64,000 nucleotides of DNA, from contig CAVXAV010000002.1 of assembly GCA_963759865.1 (NCBI GenBank), forward strand, positions 184,384 through 248,383, read 5' to 3'. The notes under the pieces are model-generated. The model did not search any database and was not told where the DNA came from. It saw only the letters and a list, made by a program, of their open reading frames with translations. The DNA is from an uncultured bacterium (lineage in GTDB: Bacteria; Babelota; Babeliae; Babelales; Babelaceae). Below are positions 19,300 through 28,170 of the stretch, piece by piece (position 1 is the stretch's first letter; every line of letters begins with the position of its first letter). The position numbers and the translations under genes are program-made.

Positions 19300-20389
19300 C
19301 AGCTTCTCCACCCTTAACACGCCCCTTAAAAAAGACCCTGTAGGCTTCTTTATCAGCCTCTTCTATAATCTGTAAGTTTCTTTTTTCCTGGTCACTTAAC
19401 TGTTTTTCTGGTATACTGTATTCAAAACTTTTTTGTTCCGCATCTGAAGGAGGAGATGAGTCATGGTGCTCGCCTTTATCGGTACTGTGTTTTTGAGTAT
19501 CTTTTTGCTCTTGCTGCTTTCTCTTATCAGCATCCGTAGTACCTTGGCTTTGGGATCGCTCCTGCTTACCAGCCTCATGCTGGTTTTTGGGTTCTTTGTT
19601 CTCTTGTGTGCCTTGGCTCTGTTGCCCTTGATCTTTATTTTTGTTGTGTTGCTCAGTATTTTTAGAATGATCTTGCTTGCCTTCAGGCGACCGTTCTGTT
19701 GAAGAATTATTGCTCTGCTCTTTCCGGTTATCTTGTTTATCTTTAGACGATTGTTCTGATGAAGAATCTCCCTTAGACGATGACTGATCGGGCTTAGATT
19801 GAGAGCTCTCATTTTTCTGCTTTGAATCATTTTTCTGCGAAGAGCCCTGCTTTTCGTCTTGTTGTTGATTTTGGGACTCATTTTCTTTATTTTGCTGGTT
19901 TTCTTTTTGATCGTTTTGTTCCTGTTGTTTTTGCTGTTCAAGCAATTTTTTGATCTTTTCGATCCGTTCTTTTGTTTTCAGCTTAGCGGCCTCTGTCACG
20001 TCACGTATTTTAAGAACCGATTCATAGGAACTCAGGGCCTTATGATACTGCTTGTCCATCGCATAGGCATCGCCCTGATTGAAAAACGCCTGCTCTTTCT
20101 GCTTGCTGCTCGCTGCGGATGAATGAGCTACTTTGTCAAATGCAACTTGTGCTGCACCATAATCTTTAAGCTGGTAAGCAGATTTTCCTACATTGTAAAG
20201 AGCCTCAAGATCATGAGGATTGGCCGCCACTACATCCTCATATAATCGAAGCGCTGTTGTAAAGTCCCCATTTGTGTTCTTTGCCTCATTATATGCTTGA
20301 TCGGCCTGCCAAGATTTAAAAGGAGCCGCCATCAAGCAAAAAGGTACACTCAAAGTTACTAACAAGAGGCTAAAACGAGTAATCATCAT
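19280..20389 (-). CDS. batC: BatC-like TPR protein with long Q/K/E/S-rich low-complexity tail
   Basis: N-terminal signal peptide plus TPR repeats (ALRLYEDVVAANPHDLEALYNVGKSAYQLKDYGAAQVAF). The C-terminal ~200 aa are compositionally biased. ATG 20389 forms an ATGA overlap with the batB stop; ATG 20398 is an alternative. Confidence 0.65.
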   Translation of the reverse strand: MMITRFSLLLVTLSVPFCLMAAPFKSWQADQAYNEAKNTNGDFTTALRLYEDVVAANPHDLEALYNVGKSAYQLKDYGAAQVAFDKVAHSSAASSKQKEQAFFNQGDAYAMDKQYHKALSSYESVLKIRDVTEAAKLKTKERIEKIKKLLEQQKQQEQNDQKENQQNKENESQNQQQDEKQGSSQKNDSKQKNESSQSKPDQSSSKGDSSSEQSSKDKQDNRKEQSNNSSTERSPEGKQDHSKNTEQHNKNKDQGQQSQGTQENKEPKNQHEAGKQERSQSQGTTDADKRKQQEQKDTQKHSTDKGEHHDSSPPSDAEQKSFEYSIPEKQLSDQEKRNLQIIEEADKEAYRVFFKGRVKGGEADGQKNW

Positions 20390-21375
20390 ATAATCCATTC
20401 AAGTAAAAAACAGAAAAACGCTAATGCAGCAAATATAAAATATTTTTCCTGTTTTGTTGCTATCATTTTATCTTCAAATTTTTCTTTTTCAAAATGCTGT
20501 ATATCGGCAACAAGCTGGTCAATATCGCTATCGTCAGCTGATGCGCGCAGGTACTGAGCATGTGTTTGCGCTGCTATCTTCTTAAGTAAGGGCTCATTAA
20601 GTCTTGTGATCACAATCGAGCCTTTTTCATCTTTTACATGGCCCGCGGGCTTACCCTGCTCATCAGTAAGAGGAATTGGTGCTCCTTGCTCAGTTCCTAC
20701 CCCGACAGCAAAAACGCTCAATCCAAGATTCTGTATTTTTTCATCTGTATTCTCTGATAAAGGCGAAAAGTCCTCACCATCAGTGAAGATAACCATTATT
20801 TTATGCTTTTTTGCGGGAAATTCTTGGAATGTTTCCACCGCTTTATTAAGCGCTTTATCAAGAGCTGTAGTTCCTGTTGAAATAGATTCAACATCAATAA
20901 GATCAAGAAATGTTAAAAATGCTGCAACATCTGTGGTAAAAGGGCACTGTATAAAAGGGACCCCTGAAAAAGCCATAAGACAAACACGTTCTGCTTTAAA
21001 CCGGCTCACCAGATCTTTAATTTTTTTCTTTGCAAACTCTAAACGGGAAGGCGGCATATCCTGCGCTAACATACTTCGTGAAATATCCAAAGCAATAATG
21101 ATATCCCGCCCTTCTTGAGATACCACTTCATGAGCATCTTCCCAGGAAGGTCTTAAAAGTGCAAGCGCTAAAAAGATAAGCCCAGCACTCAGCAAAAGTG
21201 TCTTAATAATCTTTTTACTAAGTGAAAAGTTGCGGACGGTACCCAAGACAGCGGCTAGTTTTTTTTGCCACACTACTCTGCGTACCAAAAGAATGATTGC
21301 TAGCACTATACACGGAAAAAGATATACGGCATACTGCGCTGTTAACCAAGTTATCCCAAATGCGTGGTATATCAT
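20386..21375 (-). CDS. batB: BatB-like von Willebrand factor A domain membrane protein
   Basis: VWA MIDAS motif (DIIIALDISRSM) with N- and C-terminal TM helices. ATG 21375 forms an ATGA overlap with the batA stop. Confidence 0.75.
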   Translation of the reverse strand: MIYHAFGITWLTAQYAVYLFPCIVLAIILLVRRVVWQKKLAAVLGTVRNFSLSKKIIKTLLLSAGLIFLALALLRPSWEDAHEVVSQEGRDIIIALDISRSMLAQDMPPSRLEFAKKKIKDLVSRFKAERVCLMAFSGVPFIQCPFTTDVAAFLTFLDLIDVESISTGTTALDKALNKAVETFQEFPAKKHKIMVIFTDGEDFSPLSENTDEKIQNLGLSVFAVGVGTEQGAPIPLTDEQGKPAGHVKDEKGSIVITRLNEPLLKKIAAQTHAQYLRASADDSDIDQLVADIQHFEKEKFEDKMIATKQEKYFIFAALAFFCFLLEWII

Positions 21376-22340
21376 AACCGCACCCACCATACACAGCTCA
21401 GGAGTATCTCAAGCAGGAGTGCGCCTAATGCAAGCCACAGCATCGGCATAAAATAATCAAAATAGCGGGCAAAAATAGGAGTTTCATACTCCGTTTTTTC
21501 AAGCTTATCGATAGTATCATAGACAGCTTCCATTTCAGCTGCATTACGCGCCAGAAAAAATTGCCCTCCCGTTTGCGCAGCAATCTCTTTTAGCAAAGGA
21601 ATATTAAGGGTACGGATTTTCCCAAAAAAAGGATGATGTATCCATTCCGTTTCTTCCGATCCTATACCAATGGTATATATTTTTATGCCAAGCTTTTTTG
21701 CCATATCTAATGCAACTTGTGGATCAATATCTCCCGGTGTTGGCTCCCCATCGGTAAGAACTATCATAATTCGACTTTTAGCAGTCGATTTCTTCAGCCG
21801 ATTTGCTGCTGTAAGAATCGCGCGAGAAAGCATGGTGCCTGGTGCTGGAATGGTGCGGGTCGTTGTTTCTTTGAGTATTTCTTTGAGCACTCGTTTATCA
21901 AGTGTAAGCGGACAACGAGAAACCGCTGCACCCGAAAATATGACCAATCCAATAGGGTCATTGTCCCGTTTATCGATAAACTTGAGAGCTTCTTCTCGCG
22001 CACTATCCATTCTTGTTTTATCAGAATCATCTTCCTGCATATTCATACTTTCGGAGGCATCAAGTACCAGCATAATATCAATACCTTGCACAGGTATTTT
22101 GGATCGCTCATCGGGAGATTGAAATCGAGCGATAGCTAAACAGAGTAACGTAAGCAGACCCAATCTCGTTAAAAATAGCAGAATGCGCCGCCATTGGGAT
22201 GGAGCTTCTAATGATTGTAATGGCAACAGCGATGAAAAAACATACACGGGATTCTTATAATGAAACCAAAACCAATAGCTCGCAAGCGCTAGCGCTGGTA
22301 GTCCGATATACAGAGCAAGAGGATAGACTATATGCATCAT
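21372..22340 (-). CDS. batA: BatA-like von Willebrand factor A domain membrane protein
   Basis: VWA MIDAS motif (DIMLVLDASESM). TM helices lie at both ends. Confidence 0.75.
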   Translation of the reverse strand: MMHIVYPLALYIGLPALALASYWFWFHYKNPVYVFSSLLPLQSLEAPSQWRRILLFLTRLGLLTLLCLAIARFQSPDERSKIPVQGIDIMLVLDASESMNMQEDDSDKTRMDSAREEALKFIDKRDNDPIGLVIFSGAAVSRCPLTLDKRVLKEILKETTTRTIPAPGTMLSRAILTAANRLKKSTAKSRIMIVLTDGEPTPGDIDPQVALDMAKKLGIKIYTIGIGSEETEWIHHPFFGKIRTLNIPLLKEIAAQTGGQFFLARNAAEMEAVYDTIDKLEKTEYETPIFARYFDYFMPMLWLALGALLLEILLSCVWWVRL

Positions 22341-22342
22341 AC

Positions 22343-23068
22343 CTACAACCCACTCTGCTGATCAAGAAACCACTGGCGAACACGCAGGACAAAATCTTGA
22401 TCCGTTTCTTCATCCTGCACAAAAAAAGGCTCCCCTATGATTGTTATAACCGGATAGGAATGAATGAGAAAGCTGTAAGGGGGAAATATTTTGCCATTAT
22501 TGGGCATAAATACAGGAATAACAGGCCTTTTTGTCTTTCTTGCAATAATAGCAAACCCTGAAAAAAACTTATGAACCACTCCATCAGTAAAGCGTCCGCC
22601 TTCAGGGAAAATCATCAAGTGCCGATCTTTCCCCTGAATAAATTTATAGACTTGAATTAATGAACGGGCAGCTTTTGCAGGATTGGATTGATCAACAGAA
22701 ATGAACATTCTTCGTATAAAAAAACCGAGAATCGGCTTTTGAAGATAATATTCCAATACAAGCCACACATGAGGATATCCATTGCATAGTGATCCCAAAA
22801 CCGGTATATCAAAAGATGACTGATGGTTTGCAACAAAAATTGCAGGAACTTTGGGCAGATTTTCCTCGCCCTTACTAACATGCTTACTTAATGATGCAAA
22901 AACCACCGTTTTATAAAAGCAATCAGCAAAAAAGAAAAAAAGCCTATTGTCATAGCGATATCGCGCAGGGAAACATGCAATAATGTATCCCGGAAGCATA
23001 AAAAAAATAAAAGCCAGTCCTATGATGGCATAAGAAATAAACGTTTTTAGAAATTCAAAAATTTTCAT
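22343..23068 (-). CDS. plsC: 1-acyl-sn-glycerol-3-phosphate acyltransferase family protein
   Basis: HX4D motif (ANHQSSFDIPVL) and FPEGGR motif are present, with an N-terminal TM helix. It ends 2 nt before the batA start. Confidence 0.75.
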   Translation of the reverse strand: MKIFEFLKTFISYAIIGLAFIFFMLPGYIIACFPARYRYDNRLFFFFADCFYKTVVFASLSKHVSKGEENLPKVPAIFVANHQSSFDIPVLGSLCNGYPHVWLVLEYYLQKPILGFFIRRMFISVDQSNPAKAARSLIQVYKFIQGKDRHLMIFPEGGRFTDGVVHKFFSGFAIIARKTKRPVIPVFMPNNGKIFPPYSFLIHSYPVITIIGEPFFVQDEETDQDFVLRVRQWFLDQQSGL

Positions 23069-23176
23069 AATGATATAAAACAGCTACTTTTGATCAAAAG
23101 CTTAATACGATACTAATAAGTATGCCAGAATTTTCAAAATCAGAAAAGTTTGCCCCTTCTTTGTGATGAGGTACTC

Positions 23177-23977
23177 TCAGACACAATCGAGTCTCTTTTT
23201 AAGTCGCTTGATACCTAAAATTAAGCACGTAACAGCGAAAAGAAAAATCATAACCACACAAAGCGGGAAGGACAAATTTTTCTCATGCCCAAGAATAGCT
23301 CCTCGCATGCCTTCCATGACATAGACAATTGGGTTAAGAAGATCCATAGAGCCAAATGCCGGTGAAAGGGAATAGAGATAATACCATGAAAATTGGAAAC
23401 CGCCCAAAAACCATAAGGGGAAAATGATCCTCATCCACACATTTTCCATTTTTGCCATGTTTGGAACGATACTAGAAACAAAGAGGGTTAGGGCACTATA
23501 AAAGAAGTTACTTACAAGAAAAATAAGTGCAAATTTTGGCCAGTTGACTGCGCTTAACGAAAACGAGTCCCACAATATCAGCTTACCAAGAGGAAGTACA
23601 ATAAGGCTCCGTAGGGACGAGCTGATGAACCAGTAGATCATTTTTGAAACAAAAACCATCCAGGCTGGCAAGGGGAGTGTTGTATAGTAGGAAATGATTT
23701 GTGGCCCTTCAAGGTCAGCAATGAAATTGAATGATCGGGGGTATACTTCAAAAAAACCTGCTGTTGCAACACAGCCTGCAAGATTAAAGACACCAAAATC
23801 CTCATTAGTAATATTGAATTGTAATTTTGTAAGATAGCCCATCACAATGACCGTGCAAAAAACCCATATGGCAAGGTTGAGCGCTTGATCAAAAAATGTT
23901 TTACGAAGTTCTACAAGCTCAGTTGCTAAAATTTCAAAGCAAACGCGCCAAGAAAGTGCATTATTCATGAGAATCAT
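23177..23977 (-). CDS. ABC-2 type transporter permease
   Basis: 266 aa with about 6 TM helices. It overlaps the upstream ABC ATPase gene by 17 nt. Confidence 0.7.
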   Translation of the reverse strand: MILMNNALSWRVCFEILATELVELRKTFFDQALNLAIWVFCTVIVMGYLTKLQFNITNEDFGVFNLAGCVATAGFFEVYPRSFNFIADLEGPQIISYYTTLPLPAWMVFVSKMIYWFISSSLRSLIVLPLGKLILWDSFSLSAVNWPKFALIFLVSNFFYSALTLFVSSIVPNMAKMENVWMRIIFPLWFLGGFQFSWYYLYSLSPAFGSMDLLNPIVYVMEGMRGAILGHEKNLSFPLCVVMIFLFAVTCLILGIKRLKKRLDCV

Positions 23978-24707
23978 TCTCCTTTTGCATCAAACTTACA
24001 AAAACATCCTCGAGGTTCTTCTGCTTAAAATCTGCTAGAAGCTTATCAGGGGTATCTATTAACTTAACCAGACCTTGATCAAGAATGCAGACGCGATCGG
24101 ATAATTGCTCAGCTTCATCAAGGTAGTGCGTTGTAAGCAAAATCGTTACGCCCTCTTTTTTAAGCTCACGTATTATGGACCACAATTGTCGTCTAATCTG
24201 GGGATCAAGACCAACTGTCGGTTCATCTAAAAGCAAAAGTTTAGGGCTGTGCATCAAGCTGCGCGCAATCATAAATCTTTGCTTATAGCCGCCTGACAGT
24301 TCTGCTGAAGTCATACTAAAATACTGTTCCAGACAAAATTGTTCCTTCAAATAACCAATCCGTTCCTTTATAGCATGTTCATCCATACCATAATAGCGGC
24401 CGGCAGCCGAAAGATTTTGTTCAAGCGTAAGCATATCATTAAGATTAGGTTTTTGTGGACAAAATCCCAGTTGCGATCTATACGATACCAGATCTTGGTA
24501 AATGGAATTTCCCCTGTACAGCACATCGCCCGATGAAGCGGGATGCAAAGTCGCTATTATTGATGAAAGTGTTGTTTTCCCGGCACCATTTACCCCAAGA
24601 AGTCCAAAAATTTCACCTTCATATATATCAAGAGTTATACCCTTGAGTGCCTCTTTTTCACCGTAGCGCTTCTTGACGTTTTTTATGGTCAACAAAATTT
24701 TGGACAT
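23961..24707 (-). CDS. ABC transporter ATP-binding protein
   Basis: Walker A (GVNGAGKTT), signature (LSGGYKQR) and Walker B (LLLLDEPTVGLD) are present. Confidence 0.9.
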   Translation of the reverse strand: MSKILLTIKNVKKRYGEKEALKGITLDIYEGEIFGLLGVNGAGKTTLSSIIATLHPASSGDVLYRGNSIYQDLVSYRSQLGFCPQKPNLNDMLTLEQNLSAAGRYYGMDEHAIKERIGYLKEQFCLEQYFSMTSAELSGGYKQRFMIARSLMHSPKLLLLDEPTVGLDPQIRRQLWSIIRELKKEGVTILLTTHYLDEAEQLSDRVCILDQGLVKLIDTPDKLLADFKQKNLEDVFVSLMQKENDSHE

Positions 24708-24783
24708 AGAAGACCCCAGTGTAGCTATTTATTTATGAGGATTAGTTTACTAAAAAGTGCACGTATGTAAAGTCTTAACCACT

Positions 24784-24978
24784 TTACTTCTTGCTCAAGT
24801 GAGATAAATCTATAGCAATTTTGGCAAGCTTCCTTACGGAAATTTCATCATATTTCATTAAAGCAAGAATAAGCTCTGACAGTGCAAATTGCTTGTAGCC
24901 TTCTTCAAATTCCTGAAGTTGCTCAGGGCTTAACGATTCAATAAATTTTTCACTCGTTGATTTCATTTTTTTAGCCAT
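24784..24978 (-). CDS. Hypothetical small protein (64 aa)
   Basis: ORF 24784..25017. ATG 24978 is preceded by a GGGGA RBS. The product is helical and charged, and I recognise no domain. Confidence 0.4.
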   Translation of the reverse strand: MAKKMKSTSEKFIESLSPEQLQEFEEGYKQFALSELILALMKYDEISVRKLAKIAIDLSHLSKK

Positions 24979-25144
24979 AATAAGTCCCCGTCTCAATGGT
25001 GAATTCCTCACCGTCATAGGCTTTAAAATTTTTTTTCATAAGCTTTCGAGGTTTAAGCACATTGTATCAGACAAATGGTACAATCTCTATACCCGCAAAA
25101 GCAAACAATAAAAGAAGCTTAAACGAAAACCTACAAGTCGCTCT

Positions 25145-27004
25145 TTAGGGACTTACTGGAACTAATTCAATCCTGCCATCGGGATAAATAAAAATCCTCG
25201 AGCGCTCAAAGGTGCTTTTTGACAGTTGTTTTATTCCCGTTGCAGAAGATAATTGAAGTCCATCAGTAACTTCGACGTTCACAAACCCTTTTTTTGATAT
25301 AATCGTAAGATTTGCCATTCCCATACGTGGATCAAGAGTCAGATCAATTGTTTTAACAAAAGGCTTGCCAGGTTTGCCGGCAAAAATCTCAAGATCTTGA
25401 AACGGACGCAGCGTTTCTCTGCTGCTACCGTGCGAAATGCTCAACATAACTTTTGCATCGGACTGGTTTTCGATATCTGAAATTTTAATCCCAGTAGATT
25501 TTACAGGCATCGGTGCTATTTGTTTTGGTACCTCTGCAGAAACAATCTGTGGCGCTATCCATTTTTGAGCTGGCATAACGGGCCGTGGTGCAGAGGTGAC
25601 AGGCTCAATCTGTGTGGTCGGCAGTACTCCAGCAGGTCTTGTCGACTTTTCAGGCCAAGCTGGCGCTGGGGCTGTAGGGCGAGGGGGCGGTGTAGTAAGT
25701 TGGAAGGGAGTGGATGGTTGTACTGCTGGTTGCAATTTTTTAACAGGCGAAGGTACCGGCGTTGCAACAGGTGCATGGATAGGCTTAACATCTTTCAATG
25801 AAACTTTGCGGCTTATCACTAAGGCTGCATCGCGCAAGATCACTCGGATTTTATTAATACGATCTTCAATGTCCTTAAAATATTCTAGATCTTGGACTTT
25901 TTCTTTTGTTTGTTCTTTGAGCTTTGAGATGAGGGCCATAGCAAGGCGCAAAATATCATATTTGCTTTTAGGGTCATGTTCTTTTTCGGCTGCTTGAATT
26001 GTCCATATGATTATGTCAACTTTATTGCCAACCTTATATTGTTGTAAAAGACCATCGAGAACCTTTAAAAGCCATTTTGCCTCTGGCAAATCGTTCTCTG
26101 TATAGTGGATAATTCGGTGACCCTCAGGCAAACCTAATGCTTTAAGCAGGCCCTTCCTTTCAGGTTCTGAAATTAACTGCACTTCATTTATATAATAATC
26201 AAGCGTGTTGCCAAGCGCATCCACTACTTGTGAATTTGCTCCCAAATCTTTTAACAAGCTCACCGTAGCGATGATTTGCTCGGTTGATAGCTTCTTTTCT
26301 ACTTTTTTATGGAGTGCTTCAATTGCTTTATTTAGAGCAGTCTCAAGAGCTGCAGGGGAGGCAAAATCTTTGTCCTCAAATTCTTGCACGTGAACAATGG
26401 CATCTTGCGATGCCCGCACGGCTTCGGCAATGGGGGTTCTTCCTTTATCTTTCGATCCCGGTTCGTTTATATCGTTCCAAGCACCTTTGTCATGCAAGTA
26501 TTGAATTATTGTTGGGTCACCCGCTGCCGCTGCATGATGAAGAACCGTTATGCCATTTATATCTTTTGAACGGAGATTAGCGCCGTTTACTTTCAATGCG
26601 CCGATAATATTGAGATAATTAGACTGTGCATCAGGAGCACCTCTATTAAGCTGAATCGCTGCCCAAGCTACTGGTGTAAGACCAGAGACATCTGCAATTT
26701 CTGTATTTGCACCTTTATCAAGTAAAAAATTTACTACTTGCGCATGAGCTGATCGTGCTGCAGCTATCAAGGCTGTCTGGCCAGATTTCTTGTCATCTTT
26801 TTTGTAGGGGTACCGAGCGTTTATGTTTACCCCTTTTGCCAACCACTCTTTAACCTTATTGAGATTTCCATGAGCAGCTGCACCAATAAATTGCTCCTCC
26901 CTAGTTTTAGGAGTTTTGGGCATTTCCATGCCATACAGCGAAGCAGTAGCTATAACGACTAAAGCGATGAGTTTTATATTCCAATTATACAACTTATACA
27001 ACAT
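25145..27004 (-). CDS. Ankyrin-repeat protein with N-terminal signal/TM, proline-rich linker and C-terminal beta-rich domain
   Basis: Several ANK repeats are present (GQTALIAAARSAHAQVVNFLLDKGAN, GLTPVAWAA, GITVLHHAAAAGDPTIIQYLHDKGA). A Pro-rich tract of about 100 aa follows. Start moved to ATG 27004 (MLYKLYNWNIKLIALVVIATA) because the longer ORF runs into non-coding GC-rich sequence. Confidence 0.8.
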   Translation of the reverse strand: MLYKLYNWNIKLIALVVIATASLYGMEMPKTPKTREEQFIGAAAHGNLNKVKEWLAKGVNINARYPYKKDDKKSGQTALIAAARSAHAQVVNFLLDKGANTEIADVSGLTPVAWAAIQLNRGAPDAQSNYLNIIGALKVNGANLRSKDINGITVLHHAAAAGDPTIIQYLHDKGAWNDINEPGSKDKGRTPIAEAVRASQDAIVHVQEFEDKDFASPAALETALNKAIEALHKKVEKKLSTEQIIATVSLLKDLGANSQVVDALGNTLDYYINEVQLISEPERKGLLKALGLPEGHRIIHYTENDLPEAKWLLKVLDGLLQQYKVGNKVDIIIWTIQAAEKEHDPKSKYDILRLAMALISKLKEQTKEKVQDLEYFKDIEDRINKIRVILRDAALVISRKVSLKDVKPIHAPVATPVPSPVKKLQPAVQPSTPFQLTTPPPRPTAPAPAWPEKSTRPAGVLPTTQIEPVTSAPRPVMPAQKWIAPQIVSAEVPKQIAPMPVKSTGIKISDIENQSDAKVMLSISHGSSRETLRPFQDLEIFAGKPGKPFVKTIDLTLDPRMGMANLTIISKKGFVNVEVTDGLQLSSATGIKQLSKSTFERSRIFIYPDGRIELVPVSP

Positions 27005-27217
27005 ACTTTCCCTTTTTTTTGAAAAAAAATATCTTTTATTATTAATAATATTACTATAATTATTTTCAGATTGCAATGGACTGGCGTGTGTATTTCTAGA
27101 TGAAAACAACCTCATTTCTTTCTGGGGCCTACCCTTCACCGAAGTGCCTTAAGCAATTATGCGTATTTCTTTGGGCGCCTTCGGCGATAGAGTTTTTTAA
27201 AATAAATTATTGCTGGG

Positions 27218-27289
27218 GCCTACGCGGCCAGCGGCAGGACCCTTTCTGGTCCTGCACCTGACCAAGGGGTAAACCCCTTTGGAAACCCC
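27218..27289 (+). repeat. GC-rich structured repeat, copy 1 (left arm of composite element)
   Basis: GCCTACGCGGCCAGCGGCAGGACC-CTTTCT-GGTCCTGCACCTGACCAAGGGG-TAAA-CCCCTTTGGAAACCCC. It is homologous in inverted orientation to 27491-27567 and 50404-50475. Confidence 0.75.
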
Positions 27290-27490
27290 AAGTTCAAACC
27301 TAAAATTCTATTTTTTGCAAAATGGCCGTGGGTCGCTATAAATTGCAAACTTGTCATTGGCACTTTAGTAAAAAATCGATAGAACTGGGTAAATCTAGAA
27401 GTCATTTATGGCTCGCCCTGTATGTGAGGCCATCGCAGTGGTGGAGTGGCTGTGCCACGTAACCCGGAGATCGGCCGAATTGGCGAGCCG

Positions 27491-27567
27491 GGGGATCCAA
27501 GGGGCCAAGGCCCCTGGCCTGGGGTGCAGGGATGTCAGGCTGCATCCCTGCCGCTTGCCGCGTAGGC
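27491..27567 (-). repeat. GC-rich structured repeat, copy 2 (right arm, inverted)
   Basis: Plus strand reads GGGGATCCAAGGGGCCAAGGCCCCTGGCCTGGGGTGCAGGGATGTCAGGCTGCATCCCTGCCGCTTGCCGCGTAGGC. It shares conserved blocks with copies 1 and 3. Confidence 0.75.
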
Positions 27568-27630
27568 AATTTTCTAATATCATTTCTTTACAGGAACCTA
27601 TACAGAAAAACACTTCTCTTCCAAGACCCC

Positions 27631-28170
27631 ATGCAACAGCTACTTATCTATACAAAAAAAAGAACTCTTATCCTACAGGCCTTAGCAGCCCTCCTGTTTG
27701 TTATTTTCTCCCTAGCAGTCGGTTTAGAGATCATTCCGGTAAAAAATGTCCTGATAAAAAATTTCATGGTTTTTATTTCTCTCCCCTTTTTCTCCCTCTG
27801 TTTTCTGGCTGGTCTTTATTACCTTATCTATCCCCAGGCAATGGTTATAATTGATGAAAAAGGAATATCGAACAATCTCATGGGCGCTGTCCATTTCATT
27901 GCATGGGATGAAATTGAGGAGATAATCATTTACAACATGAGAAATCAAAAATGGGTGGGCATCGTTGCAGTGAATTATGAACAGATCTACAACCGTCAGT
28001 CATCGCTGAAAAAGTGGTGGGTTAACCTGAATAGCACCTTCGTGCAGCCCTTTACAAAAAAACTACCCGTTATGAATGTACCTGAAACTCTCTTACCCTG
28101 CTCTGCTCTAGAGTTTACCAGCTTAGTAGAAAGCTATAAAATCCATTCAAAATCAGCTCAAGGCTTATAA
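27631..28170 (+). CDS. Hypothetical membrane protein (2 N-terminal TM helices)
   Basis: ORF 27532..28170. Its 5' part lies inside the GC-rich repeat, so the start was moved to ATG 27631 (MQQLLIYTKKRTLILQALAALLFVIF). Confidence 0.55.
   Translation: MQQLLIYTKKRTLILQALAALLFVIFSLAVGLEIIPVKNVLIKNFMVFISLPFFSLCFLAGLYYLIYPQAMVIIDEKGISNNLMGAVHFIAWDEIEEIIIYNMRNQKWVGIVAVNYEQIYNRQSSLKKWWVNLNSTFVQPFTKKLPVMNVPETLLPCSALEFTSLVESYKIHSKSAQGL

Noticed and set aside
19396-22139. Long alternative-frame and antisense ORFs inside batC, batB and batA (19396..19941, 20606..21118, 21670..22122, 21717..22139).
   Set aside because: They overlap genes with clear VWA or TPR motifs. Their products are low-complexity or motif-free, so they are likely by-products of biased composition.
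24971-25039. 22-aa ORF (MKKNFKAYDGEEFTIETGTYYG) overlapping the start of the 64-aa ORF, considered as a degraded toxin half of a toxin-antitoxin pair.
   Set aside because: The resemblance to RelE/Gp49-type N-termini is only a vague impression. The downstream protein has no clear HTH signature, and the ORF is too short to evaluate without a database search.
27215-27570. Tested whether the ~350-nt GC-rich structured region is tmRNA, RNase P RNA or SRP RNA. Suggestive fragments: it starts GGGGCC; there is an Ala-codon-initiated mini-frame GCAAACTTGTCATTGGCACTTTAGTAA with tandem stops; the minus strand has a CACTCCACCA stretch; GGGGTAAACCCC occurs; and a GGTCAGGTGCAGG stretch is present.
   Set aside because: For tmRNA there is no GGnUUCGAC 5' element, no T-arm (GGTTCGAnTCC), and no acceptor stem ending in a properly placed CCA. 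For RNase P there is no GGAAAGUCCGG or ACAGAAnCCGGCUUA P4 strand. The true SRP helix-8 motif is found elsewhere (55975-56055). The terminal 21-bp pairing is also far too long for a tRNA-like acceptor.
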